In this document: positions 50,506 through 64,000 of the stretch, one piece after another
Layout: every line of letters starts with the position of its first letter
How positions within the stretch are numbered: position 1 is the stretch's first letter
Assembly: GCA_030141605.1 (NCBI GenBank)
Contig: JAQGDQ010000002.1
Location: forward strand, 1,302,001-1,366,000
Length of the DNA: 64,000 nucleotides
Source of the DNA: Tubiluchus corallicola
Lineage: Eukaryota > Animalia > Priapulida
Direction of reading: 5' to 3'
The notes under the pieces: model-generated
What the model saw: the letters and a program-made list of their open reading frames with translations, nothing else
What the model was told of the DNA's origin: nothing
Databases searched by the model: none
Position numbers and translations under genes: made by a program

Positions 50506-53500
50506 ATACAATAATGCAAGAAAGATCATTTTACTTGTAAAAAGTTATCTACATGGTTTCCATTACACAGTTATACATGGAGTTTTTACCAACTCTTCAA
50601 AAACACAAACGATGAAAGTACTCTTGTATGTACTTATTCCTGGACACTCTGGCCTTTCATACATATTTGTGTTTTTGTTGCACAACAGTTTTGATGGCAC
50701 AATGTTTAGATCTTATAGTATGAAAGAAATAATTTGCTCCTTACTGTTGTCAATGTATATTGATGATGTACATGACTATTTTAACTACTTTGTGAATTTA
50801 ATTACTGCTTTAATAAATTTTACCAACTTTAATAAAACTTGCATACTTGTTTGCTAAGTCAGTCTTATTTGTAGCAGTGAGATTCGCAATGCCAGCATTA
50901 ATAACACGAAGGCCTAAAGTGTTCTCATTTGGAGTGCGACCATTGTTTACCAATGCTCTTCCTATCCTGAAAACAATATTGAACACATTGATAAATGGCA
51001 CAAATGGTTACCTAAAAACAAAAATTATTGACAGGTCTTTCAATTAATGTAGCCCCACAGAATACTAAAACAGAAAAATAGCTTGCCCATTCATGGAGTG
51101 TAGCGTGTAAATACAATGCAACATGTTTACATTGATACCTTCAGGATGGACCTCAAGCTGGAAAAAATTGATGTTATTTGGTTGATGTACACATTTTTTG
51201 AGTTGCAGAAAATGAAAAATTCTGTTGCATTTAATACAGAAAACAACATTTTATGTAAAGTATTACCAAACTTTTGTCTAATTAAGGTTAAAAGCCTCAT
51301 ATTTAGTGGGCCACACCCACTAAAGGATTGCAGTATTCGCGGTTAAATAAAAGCCCAGCAAATGTCGAACTATACGTAATACTTAAAGACGAACATGCAT
51401 CTGGTACTATTAGTTTTTGAGCTCCACAATAGAGCACGAGCACACGAATAGACTTTTTATTGTATGATGGGGATTAGGTTAAATGAGACCTATCTCTGAA
51501 CCTGACCTAGAACTTCTTTCTGACTTTCTTAATGCAATGTAGATCACTTAGTGAAAGAATCACCCAAGTGTGTGACTAACTAGAGTTGTCTATGATTAAC
51601 ATTGAGACACCTGGTGCCCACATGATGAGTACATGAAAATGATGATGATGATGATGATGATGATAACAATGATAATGACAATAGTGGTGATGAAAAATAT
51701 GAGGATGATAAACTATTGTAAGTAAACAATATAAACATGTGCAGGAAACTGCAGTCAATGGAAGAGAAAATACTTCCTTACTTGCAAGCTAACAGCATGA
51801 GTTCGGTTGTAAGCTGAATCTCTGCAAGAAGATCTGCTGCACGCCGACAAGTAAGATGAGATTTTGGTAACATCACTTGACACCTTCTGACATGTCGCAT
51901 GGCTTTCTGCAAAATAAATGATATGTAGTTACATTAACATGCTTGAATGCATGCTCCTTTTTATAAGAAATTTAATACTATTAAGACAAAAAAGTGATTA
52001 GAATAAGTTAACAGATTAACAGCTAACTTAATTAGTCGTTAAGATAAGCAATAAAAAATGAAGACTAATGAAATCTGTTTTTGTTACCAAATGACAATAA
52101 ATATCTGTACAGGACATGTACTAAACATATAATCTAATCCAAATCATAGATAATCAAGAGTTGTTGATAATAATAATTATAATAATCATAATGATAAGAT
52201 GAGACACCACTAATTATGGTATCATTCATAACTGAGTTGGCAGTAAGGCCAGATCCACCAAATACCTAAAACTAAGCTACCTTAGAATATTATGTTACTT
52301 TAGTAACCCTAAGATAGGGAAGAAAGTTTTGTTAGTAAATGTCGATGTATGAGAATAAGCGAAGCTAACAGTACTCTCTTATATTTAACAATTATTCATG
52401 AGGAAACTGGTGAGGCTGGCACTATGATGCTGGGAGGAATAAAACAAGCTTCTACTATACTATAAATTTGGGCATTATAGTCATCAATTTTGATACACAT
52501 GTTGCTTTGAAAGTTTATATAGTAAATGTCTGAAGGAATGAAAAATCTAAAATTGGGACCTTCTCTGTGGTATAATGGTTAGTACAGCAACCTGATTTTT
52601 CTCAAGCTACTAATTTATTTTGGTTAAAAGCAGTTAACCTGCCTCAACAGAAACAGAACACAAGAGTCATTAATTTGTTTCCATATTCAATGTAAGATTT
52701 AAAAATAAATGGGTAACTCCAATTAGCAGGAGGAAAATGCAAAACTTAACAAGCAAAATATATCACTTATATATACATAAGAAAAAACTGACACCTCAGA
52801 TGGATTGAGAAAAAACAAGAAACAGGAAAATGAAGTTTATAAATAAAACAGAAGTAAAAAAGAAACATAATTATCAAAATATTAGCCAAAAAACTACCTG
52901 AAACGTATCACAAGTCAAGTTCTCTAAGTCCACTGAATCGGGATTAGATAAAAACTGATAAAGAGCACCACCATTTGGAGCAGGCAAATTCCCATTATCA
53001 TGGCTATCTTGTCCTCTAGCTGAACGGAGAACATATGTCTCAGCACGGCCAAGTTCAATCATTACCTGACCGAAGAGTGATTCCGTATCCATGGCTATGT
53101 ACGTATTTAACAGATTAGCCAGATTTCCATGAACAAAATCCTAAAACAAAAAAGGAATTCGTGTATACCACAAGGGGGCAATAAAAAGTCCTTAATTGTG
53201 GGTTTTGCAAGTACCTGTTTAATGTATATTTCAAACACAACAATCCATGTAAACAATTTGCTAGTGTAACTAGCATGGCATAAGTCTGTGGCCATGTCGC
53301 TTTTGTAACTTCCAACTAATGAAGTTACTTGAGCACTATTGGTACACAATTTCAAGACAAATTCCTCACAACTTTGAAAGTTTTATTTAATAATCTATCA
53401 CAAGCTAATTAAAACCAAGCAGTGACAAATCTTAATCATGGCCCATTTTAATAGATGAATTTGACACTCTGATGCTCTCGCATTATCTGTGCATTCAGCT

Positions 53501-56500
53501 CTCTGAATTAATTGGATAACTACAGCTGCAGCGAGTTCACTAAATGAGTGAAAGACATTAACAAACAGAAAGCAGGAATGTTAGAACTTTAGAAGTTACA
53601 GAAACCAAATCATCCATTTTAGTTCAGTAAAATCCTCTAAGCATGTTAATTTCTGGTACAGGACCAAAATTAAGTAAAAAACAATAAAACACAAAAAAAA
53701 AATCAGGCAACTTTTGCAAGATGAATAATACTTGCAAAAATTCTTGAAAAGCTTAGTCGTATTAATGTTTAAATAAACGACTTTTCAAAAACAGAAATTA
53801 TGCTTAGAAATTAGTAAAAGACAAATGACAAACCCAATGCGTATCGTGATTCCAGCTCAGTCCTGCACCAGTCACAAAGCCAGTCCAGCTTATGGTTTTG
53901 TGAGTCACATGACCGGTGCCCGCCCAGTCAACAACTACAACTCCCAAAGCTCCTTGCTGAGCAACAGACTGCGCTGCATGATAAACATTGCCCACTGCAG
54001 CTTCAGGACAACCAGCAATGCTACAGTAATGGAAAAGTTCTGAATTACAGTCATAATTCACGCCGTGAAATTGCCATAAGGTGTTATGGTAGTTTCACAA
54101 AGAACCATATGATCATTAGTCAATGACACTGGGGTCATTAAAAATATTTATTTGGGGTCAAAAAAGTATGATACCTTGACAATATTAATAGGTTTTAACA
54201 TAATTAAATTGAAGACATTTCTTAAATTCAGTACAATCTTTTCTCGCAATAAAATTATTTTGCCACTTACAATCATTCCTCTGATTCTAAAACTGACTCC
54301 TCAAAAACATTAATCCTTAATGTCAGTAGACCAACGTAGATTAGTAAATCAAGCAATAAATGAAAAAAAGGAGTAACTGGAAAGTAAATTATTTCAAATC
54401 ACTTCCCAAGGGTGATTCAAAGATGTCATGGGTAACCATTTAACTTGCATTGTCTCTAAAATACTTTAAGCAATTTTTGAAACTAAGTCAGCCTGTGATA
54501 AAAGTGAATGATCTTAAATAAATGTCAGGTCAACAGGCATAATTCTCCAAACTTTGTGTTTACGATAATTTATTACTTAAGAAATCAAGAGTGAATCCAT
54601 TCTGGAAAGCAGTTATTTACCTGTTCCATGCAGCAGTACCTGCACATACTGCAAAGCTGACCCCATTTTCATGTAATGGTTTGCATACATGATGATAATC
54701 AAATGCAGCCTAGAATGAACATTAAAATAAAAGCTTTATTAGCAATCATAATACAACACAAAAAAAAACAATTAAATATGCTGCAACCACTGAGTATATC
54801 TTACGTACTATAATGATGCATGCTATGAATGCTTTGTGTAAAATACTAATAATAATATAATAACACTGGGAGTCACATTATACTCAACCTATATATAGCA
54901 AAAAATCTCTATCATATGTCTTTCTATCAGTATATTCTTTTTCTAAGCACTTAGTTTTGAATTTCAATACAAACAATCAATCTTTTTACATTTCACATTC
55001 ATTCTTCAAAGCAAAGAAATAATTTATCATTTAGAAACGTATGTTGGCAAAGTCTAAAAAATATATTCTCATACAACATTTTCACAATCACAACTTTGTA
55101 CCTCAAATCCATATAGAAGCAGCATGAAGTTAGGAGGAAGCTGCAGAGCAAAATGCACATTATCATGGAAACTGTTACTACACAGCATCATAGTGCTTTT
55201 ACTGCTAAAAGGCAATAGTTTATAGATGGCAGTGCAATCAAAATCTTCCTGGTTGATCAACAAACTCGACAAACGTGGTCCCAAGTGAACAAACCTGTAA
55301 AAGTAAAACTGAAGTAGTTATTCTCTAATGAAAAAAACCTATGTAGGACATTTTTGCTGTCAATAACCAAAAATTAGGATAGGAGAAATTTTGCAGCAGT
55401 CAAGGTTTAAGTTAAGTTTAAATTAACATGTGAAAAATCATTGGTTTAATCTATTTGAAAGTAACTATTCTAGTAATACCAAGTGATTAATGAAAATGCA
55501 ATTGTGTCCCATTAAGTGCCCAAATTAATAAACACGCAGACTGAGTTTCAAAAACGAAATTGCAGTATACAGGTAATAGAAAACAGGAACAACGGGTGAA
55601 GTTAAAAAGAGTGAAGTTATAGAGAAGATATACAAAAATGGCAGAGTGATCAGCAGGGTGAGACAGCGCTGTAATAGGATTTAAGCAACTATCAATATAA
55701 GATGAATAGCAAGAGCCTTCTTGGAAAATTGGAATGGTGCATTCTAACTCTCCAGTCAGTTTATTTCTACAGTCTACCTAGCCGATAAGAAACTCAGCTT
55801 TAGTCGCTCAGTGATGGGAGTTGAGCTAGCCAACATTTTTGCCAGCTGCGAAGATTTTCACTCTTGCGAACAAACCACTTGCATAGCAGTGTCTAGTTTT
55901 TTGCTGGATTATTGATGTGTTCACCTGTTCTCGGACAAATTTCTTTTATTTTAGAATTCTGCATAGTGGATTTATATTATATTTGGAATAAATCCATTGC
56001 TCTTTTATAATAATAAAAACTTGATCTCCAATGCATTATATGAATTTGTACATCAGCTTTTTCTATGTGTATAAGCAACATGAGTTATTTAAAAAATTTG
56101 TATCCATAATTTAACAGTTAATTAACAATTTATCATTTATTTAGTTAACAAAAATTCGTAGCTTTAACTGACTTAGTAGATTTTTTCTTTAAGCGAACTC
56201 AGCTGAAAAGTCAATCAACTTCAGCGAACTAACTGATTTACTGTGCGAGTCAGCTGATGTAGTAGCAACTATTTAGATTTCAAAATTTTGTCAGTAATAA
56301 AACTCAGAACAAGACATCTTTTTTGTTTTACCGATATTACATTATTTTCAAAATTTTAGTTTTCGCTCATGCAAAATAGTCTATAACTAGCACGTCATGT
56401 AAATGTCTTATGCAATTTACAAGTGCTATCCGCAACGACAACACAAATTGAAAATCACTGCTCCTGAAAGAATCCATGACTGTGCTAACCAAGGTCATTA

Positions 56501-59500
56501 TACTAAACTTTAAGAAGATCGTTCTAGACTTAAGTTGCTGCTGTGAAGTACATTCACACTGAGCCCCCAAATTCAAGCTACAGTAAAACTAGAACAAAGT
56601 TACTTACTCAGCTGACGGAAATGAAGTGATAAAATCATCAAATGCAGAGTGCATTTGGTCAAGATCATCATAGCACGTTCGCGGATCAACGTCAATAACT
56701 GGCACGAGCTGACAGCACCGTTCATGTGCGAAATAGTCTAACTCCAGCAACTCACTGCATAGTAAATGAAAACGAGCTCAAGCACTATTTCATTATTGCT
56801 ATATGCTGGTGAGACATTGTAAGTGGATTAGTTTAGTCAAATTAATACATGTCTACTAATCAGTGCATAATTATCTTATTTATGAGAAATTAGAGAATGC
56901 ACAGGACATAAATAACAAATGTAAATGTAATTTATGTTATTTCATCAAAGTAATTTCATTTGGAAAACTTCCGTTGTTTAACACTAACATGATTACCCTT
57001 ATAATTGCAGTTTGAACAACATGTTTCAAGTACTAAATTGCTGAACATTTAGAGAGACTTTCAGTGAGAAGAAGTATCGATTACTTTTAATCACGAATTA
57101 ATTTCTTCGTTATTACAAAAATTAATAGCTTCACAAGTTTACTTAACCATCAGCATTAAAGGTAAAAATTCTAGCTTTCAGAATATTAATAAATCTGTGC
57201 TTTTAACTCTTATTTATTTCTACTCAATGCATAATGGATGTAAAGTATTCATATGATTAAAATGGACTGTGCACAGCAATAAATTTGGGGCTGTTTAATT
57301 GCTATTAAATGTCCAACGGAAAAGTTGATAAAGTACAGTACATTTAATAGGAATTGCTTCACCATAAAAAACACGCTTGTAAGTCTGTAAAAATGGGTAC
57401 AAGCTACAGAATAACATAAATTATGTGATGGCTAAAACAAGTTTTTTCTGCACTAAAAATAATGAAATGTACTCACTTCTGACTATAGCAAAACTGCCAC
57501 CGATTGCTTGCATGCTTGTGGAAACGGAAATACATGTGTACCTAAAGCACAAAAAACTATCTTGTTGTTAATGCACGAAAAGGATAATGAAACACAGTAT
57601 GACAAACAGGAAGGCTGGTCCTAAAAACAAGTAAAAAAAACATAAAAGAAGTCTGATGATAATAAAAGCCATAAAAGAGTCCACACCATATCATCTACAC
57701 TGTCCGACGTCACTGCCTTCACAAATAGTGATAATGATGGTGACAATGACGAAAACAACAACCACAGGCAGTTTTACTAGTAGCCAGGAAACTTCATCAT
57801 GTACATTGTCGTGCCTGGAAGTTCGTCAAAGACAGTTATTTGTGGAATTTACAGAAGTGCAGGGAGGGCCAGATTAAAGTGTGTTGGTGCATAAGCACAC
57901 CCAGCATCTAGTGCTCCGGCTGTCCTCTGTCCCGCGTCACCACTTGCACATTTCACGGCTCAAAGCATTTGTAATACAGATTATGCGATATTATGTATAA
58001 AACAAACTCCATTGCTTTATGTAGGACTTATGCCATTTAAATTCTTTATTGACTTTCAAATGAAATTTTAGTTAAATAAATCTTCTACAAAAAAAGGTAT
58101 GATGCCTGCCAACAGCAACAAAAAAAATAGTCAAATCAAACATTAAGGACAACTTAATAGCTGTGATGTTCTCAGTCAGTAGGTGGCAGCACCTGTGTGT
58201 GTGTGCAAAAAAAGTTGCATTGACTGGCACAGATTTTGGTGTTCAAAACTGCAAGGTTTGCTAATTTCATCTTAAACTGTACATCTTAGAGATAACAACA
58301 ATGAATCAACAGCCTAGTGAAACCTTGCAAAAATATTTTGCACATAGTTGAAACTGTGTGAAATTATAAATACTCTTAGGCCCATCCACTAGTTATCATT
58401 AATGCACGAACATTTTACATGGTTTTGCAAACTACCATTTTGTTGACTCTTGACTTTGTTGAGTACAGGAGCAGACAAAGACATTTTGGCGATACGGGAT
58501 CCTTGTTTGTGGCTAGCCCTCTGGTTTGATGGAATCTGCGATGCGTGGACCACCACAAATGGTTTTGGTGCGGTTCTTTGTTTTGGACGTATGTTCAAGG
58601 ATGGCTGGACCCATGGTACCACGACCCAATGATGCCCATTGATATTGCTGCAGACTAAGAATTCTTCTTTGGCAACTATCCTATCCAATCCAATCCTCCT
58701 ATTAAACCTGGGTTGGGGTTAACCGAATTTCGTTGTATGTAAGTACAGTAGTGATTTGTAGAGTTATCTTGAAATTGCTATTAAATCAATTTTTGCATGT
58801 TTTATAGAAAAAAGCAATGATGTTTGTTTGTCCACCTGTTCATCCTGGTTATTTCTAAACACAAATGATAATGGCACAAAAATAACATCATTTTTAACCA
58901 AACTGCTTTACCCTCGTGAAATTTTGGATAAAAACATATGAAAAGGTTTTATAATCTTTCTTTTTATTATTTTTATTCACATGTGATAAACTTTGGCACG
59001 TTTGGACAAAATAAAAGACAACACTTGTTTCGTATTCCTGGCAAAACTATTTATTCTTTTATATAATACACCACAGAATGTCGCAAATGGTGCCAGAGGT
59101 TGTCACATTTGTTAATGTGCAAACTTTTTTCAAAGTAATTGCAAAAGGGCACCTCTAACCCTTTCACTACATAGTGGCTTTTAACAGGGCTGCACTGCCT
59201 TTTGCACATTTGACAATAACTTTTGGTGGCATGTTACTAAAAGAGAATATTGTAAATAAACAAATAGCCATTTTTTATTAAATGCTGATATTGATTATTA
59301 GTTTCATTTATACACATGCACACACATCCGCGCACACATATATGCCCTCATGCATGCACACATGTGCACACCCACACAAATATTTACATACTTATGTTTA
59401 GAAGCCAATTTACACAGAAGTCCATATTACTATTCCATAATATGCAATTATTTTACAAGAATGCAGAACAAATGACTAAACACGTTTCATCAACTATCAA

Positions 59501-62500
59501 CAAGCAATTTTGCGTGAGAACATACTATACAGTACAGTATTATGGAATGCACCTGGCTTCAGATGTTGATTGGCTGGTTAGCATTACTTGTTGCGACGCA
59601 ACCACGATCCCTCGGCTGTTAAACTTTTCTACAATGTTTCTGCTTGGCTGTAGCAGTGAAATAAACAGACCTGGGTAACTGCGCTTAGTGCTGAGCTCGG
59701 GCGGCACTCTGCCGCCTTCCATAGTGAAAGGGTTAAAGATGACAATAAGCTAGCAAAACAACACCACATCACTATAACAGCCAGCAACAGCTTAACAAAA
59801 ATATGCATAGTATAGTCAGAATGCAATGCAACCGATCAAACAATAGCTATGAGGCAAACAAGTACCATATTTGGTGTTTTTTTGGATTTTTCCCTTACTG
59901 ATACTTTGTCTATTTCCTTACTGGCCTGGGTTGAAAAACAAATCCAATATGGGACCATGGGAGACCAAGATGGTTCACTTGATATACTTGTCACAAATGG
60001 CTTAGTAGTTGCAGAGAAAACTGCATATTACATAAATCCAAATAATAAAAGATATCTAGAGAAATAATAGTATTAGATCATGGTAATTTATAACTAACTG
60101 GTCATTCTTGGTACCAGTTAAAAGTAAATTATTGTCATAGTGTCTGTGTCTTTTGTTTTTGTGTTTAAATTCATTCTAAAATTTTTGTAATCTCACTAAT
60201 CTAAACAAATTTCTACCAGTGGAAGAAACATCGTGTTACCTAGTAATGAAAATTTAAATGCGTGTTTTATGTGTGGCTTGCCATTTTATTGTTAAAAAAT
60301 TTGAATTTTAACTTGAATTTGAATTTAAATAAGTCTAGATAATGCTGTGCCCATACCTGACTGATCTTTAACTTGGTTAGTGTATTAATCGTATCACGTA
60401 AAACAGTGACCTTCGGCAAGCGACCTTGAGAAAAATCTAACATCACAGCTCTGTACTTAGCATGTGGCCAGTCAGTGACCTAAAAACAAAACACTTGCAT
60501 GTAGTCATTCACACTTCACGAAATGAGCTGCATCTGACCCTCATTTTCCTAGGTAAGTTATCATGAGTAAATTCAAACAGCCTAGCCACAGGTTACCTAA
60601 GCATAAAAAAACTACAACTATTTCATTTTCTCCCTCAGTTTATTTAATAACAAGACCCAGATATAATAAACAGAATCTTCATAAACAATCAAAGAACTTT
60701 GATCAGTTAACATAAGATTCTAAACACACACTGCAGAATTGTTTGTGTGTTCCAGTCAATTCCACATAATAATTAGCAGACCATCAATTATTTGCAGCCA
60801 ATAAAGTGACTTTTTGTTTTGTACCTGTATAGGTGAAATACCATTGCCATCTCTTCCACATAACCTTAGCAGTTGTAACACAGTACATGCGGCATAAAAC
60901 ATGCCAGCTTCATCGGCAGCTAAAAGTCGAATCTATATGAATAAAAATTTCAATAATTACAACACCAAAGACATTTTGTTGTTCTCAAAAACTCATTAAT
61001 TAACAACCATAACGCTTTGATAACTAAAAATATAATAGCAATGGCTAATATAAAATGCAATATAACATAGTATGGAACCTGTACAGATTACTTGCATTTA
61101 GTAATGCATTTCAATGCATTAAAACATATCCTGTGCATAAAAATAAAAAATTAAGACAAATTTTTGTAAAATTTAATCCAATAACCAGAAATTCAGAAAA
61201 TACATTGCCGAAAATCAAACTGGTAAAAATTTCATTCTTCATATAAGTCGGTTAAAGCCAACAACAACAACATTTCTTTAATAGCATAAAGCACATACAC
61301 GTGAATAACCTGTACCTGATTTTCTGTCACGGTGAGTCGATAGCTTTCGGAATGCTGCAAAAGTCGCGAATTCACATAACAAATAATACGAGTTCGATTA
61401 TCAGAGAGGTCTGTCGATCTGTGTCCAACTACGTGCACATGATAGTTGGACTGCTCAAAGTCGGCTTCCAATATCCTCCACGTTTTATGAATTATTCGAA
61501 CAGAATCTTAAAAACACAAGTGGAAAACGAAAAGCTCAGACAACACAAAAGTGATAACTAATTTTACAAGAGCATCAAGTAGCTAAAATAAATTCACAGA
61601 TTTCTGTATACAACTATACGTAATTTAAAAAAAAACAACAGCCAGAACACAAAAATATTATCACAAGCTACTTACCACTATCAAGACCAGCAGAAATAAA
61701 AACGGCCAAATGTTGAGTCGGCCATAATGGCTGACAACTCCGCTGGATAATGGACTGTGGTTGAGGCCATAGTTGATTTAACCTAGTATCTGTCACCAAA
61801 GGGATCGGAGGAAGAATGCCGGAAGCAGCATTGGATAACTCCAGTTCTCCACGTGACTTTAAGAAAAGTGAAAAAATTTTAAGTAATGATTTTCATGAAC
61901 AATTTTTGATTGCATTAATTTTTTTTCATAGTTATAGTGCTTGGCAAAATTCCATTAGCAACGAAATTCAGAGATACTGTGTAAATAAGGAGATTCAAAT
62001 TAATGTATGAGATATCTGCATGCATCTATATAACACGATGTGCTACTGCGTGGCACACATGCTCTTTCCATTATCTTTTCAATAATATATAATTGAATGT
62101 ATGTATGACATTGTATGTGTATTTGTAGTCTGGAGATCAGTTTAGTAAAAACTGGGTAAATATTTTTTAGACTAACTTGTACAAAAGTAAGTGTGTAACT
62201 GCTTCTGAATATTAATTCACCAAGGGTTAGCTAAGAACTCAATTTATCTAGTAAACATACTTACATTTTCTATAAAACCATTTGGATGATTCAGAGCATT
62301 ATAGATGTGACCATTTGACAAAGATGTTGCAGACAATGCATTATGCGGCTCATTGAAATCACTTTCAAATCGATTTCTCTTAGGTGATTCATTCGCACCT
62401 AGAGACGAAATTTAAAATTGAAGTATGCACACAAGAACATTGTCCTTAAGGGCAACTCTACTTAAATTTAACAGGTAGCTCAGGTATGATACTTCTGCAC

Positions 62501-63889
62501 AGTTCTAATCAATTATGAAATTTATTTTGTGAATATTTAGAACAGTTAATGTCTGGGTTAAAGCAAATACCATCCAAATCAGATATGCTCGCATGTTTAA
62601 AATCACAACCGCCATTGATTGATAATGAATCCACTGAATGAAGAAGAGTTACAAGATCTGTCGCCTGAAGTTCATCTGCTAAATCTTTTGCAGTCTTGCC
62701 AGCAAATTTTCTATATGAAATAAAAATAAATATCGCATATAATTCTATGATTCAGCACTTTCATTTAATGGACAGACATAGCACATTAGATTTTATTTAC
62801 TCATAATCTAATTTTCTCAGATAGGAGAATCTATTTTTAAATAAGTTTCTGTACCCTGAATGAGCAGCTAAGTTCGCATCTGCACCATGGCGCAAAAGTT
62901 CCGCAACAATAGAACTCACTCCCCGGAGTACCGCATCATGAAGTGGAGTAGCTCCTTCCGAATTAGTAGCATTCACATGAGCATTGCGGGCTAAAAAAAG
63001 CAGTCTTAGCATGGGTGACTGTTACAATAAAAAAAATTCAGGGTCACTTAAAGTGTAGGAAATTCAGGTTTTTCTTTACTACAGAAGTCAACAGACATAC
63101 AACAACTAATACTCACAGTGTTTTTATACAGCCTTATCAATTTGCAAGACTTAATCAAATGAAACTTTTATTAAAAGTAAATAATGAAAATGTGAATTTG
63201 TGTCCTTAAGTAACACTCAGACTAAGCTAACCTGAATAGTTTTAATGCTTAATAGAGACCAATAGATAGCTAGTCACAGAATAGTTCAAATTAGGCAGCT
63301 AATCATAGTAATACACACATGCTAAACAGATATTCACCATATTCAGTAAACCAAATGTAGCACTTAATTTACAAGTTTATTTATTTGTCATGAAGTCGTC
63401 ATTGCGAAAGTAAATGTCTAGTGATATAGAGTACAAAATGTTGTGAAATGTGAAGAACATTCGTACAAAAACTTACTACAAAGACACTCTATAATGTCTC
63501 TATCTCCAAAACTTGCTGCCCAATGGAGAGGTGTGTTCCTCTTTTGTTTACAGTCACTCAAGTTGACATTAACACCAGCAGCAAGTAGTTGACAAACTTT
63601 GCCTTCACTGAAAAAAACAGTAATAAACAAACTCTAAAAAACTTATAACTCTTATATTTGCCATTTTCACAATTTTTTTAAGCCAGCACATACCGGCCTT
63701 CCTAGACTCAAGGCTCATTCATATGAACACTCACTTGCACTGTGCAGTTGCTTGGAGAAGCTCTTCATTGAAGACTTGCCTGACTTTCTCCGTAGCTGCT
63801 AGATCAAATGCTGTCTGTCCATCCTGGTTGTGAATGCCTGGATCAGCACCAGCAGCCAACAAAATTCTTACTGCATCTGGTTTGCCCAA
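50203..63889 (-). CDS. Ankyrin-repeat + GH20 (beta-N-acetylhexosaminidase-like) protein; 18 exons and 867 aa in the window, 5' end outside
   Basis: Exons 63889-63735, 63607-63477, 62990-62855, 62710-62571, 62398-62265, 61856-61676, 61506-61316, 60932-60825, 60479-60357, 57541-57477, 56754-56608, 55294-55102, 54709-54621, 54020-53834, 53140-52898, 51906-51782, 50966-50847, 50338-50203; all phases agree. ANK motifs TPLHWAA and TPLHDAV; GH20 motifs LWPQPQ, ESYRL, DWP..RAVMLD.SQGR, VCAGTAAWNS, VDWAGTGH. Confidence 0.9.
50425..50497. repeat. (CT)n(AT)n microsatellite
   Basis: Direct reading. Confidence 0.95.
59155..59736. mobile_element. piggyBac-like MITE in an intron
   Basis: 14-bp inverted match TAACCCTTTCACTA (59156-59169) / TAGTGAAAGGGTTA (59722-59735); CCC termini; flanks CTAA and TTAA; hairpin GGCGGCA-ctc-TGCCGCC at 59700-59716. 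Confidence 0.65.
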
Positions 63890-64000
63890 CTATTTGAAAA
63901 AATTGAGGAAATCAAACCAAGCACAGAAAAATTGATATTGAGGATGTAGATGTGAAAATAACATGCAACAATACTAAACCACAGCAGTTTAGTTAACAAA

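Noticed and set aside
50369-50857. 162-aa plus-strand ORF
   Set aside because: Spans a (CT)n(AT)n microsatellite within an intron of the minus-strand gene.

Overview
AT-rich, intron-containing animal (invertebrate) genomic DNA with GT-AG introns, microsatellites and decayed LINE/SINE/MITE relics; nothing prokaryotic (no CRISPR, rRNA or intact tRNA seen). All gene models were spliced by hand. (1) About 2-22 kb: a cluster of signal-peptide plus coiled-coil genes. It includes two diverged paralogues of 340-360 aa (10995-8785 and 21612-20584, both minus strand) that are almost pure heptad rods of matched length, each with a single C-terminal Cys, and they share a colinear upstream motif module. 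This is the best candidate for an undescribed system, e.g. a co-regulated secreted heteromeric fibre. (2) 24.4-49.1 kb, plus strand: a 22-exon, ~1012 aa secreted mosaic protein, pentraxin + 3 C-type lectin + 3 ShKT + CCP + cbEGF + PAN. (3) 50.2-63.9 kb, minus strand: 18 exons of an ankyrin-repeat + GH20 hexosaminidase-like gene whose catalytic HxGxDE motif reads HLGPRL, a probable pseudoenzyme; its 5' end lies beyond the window. No database searches could be run, so novelty is unverified.
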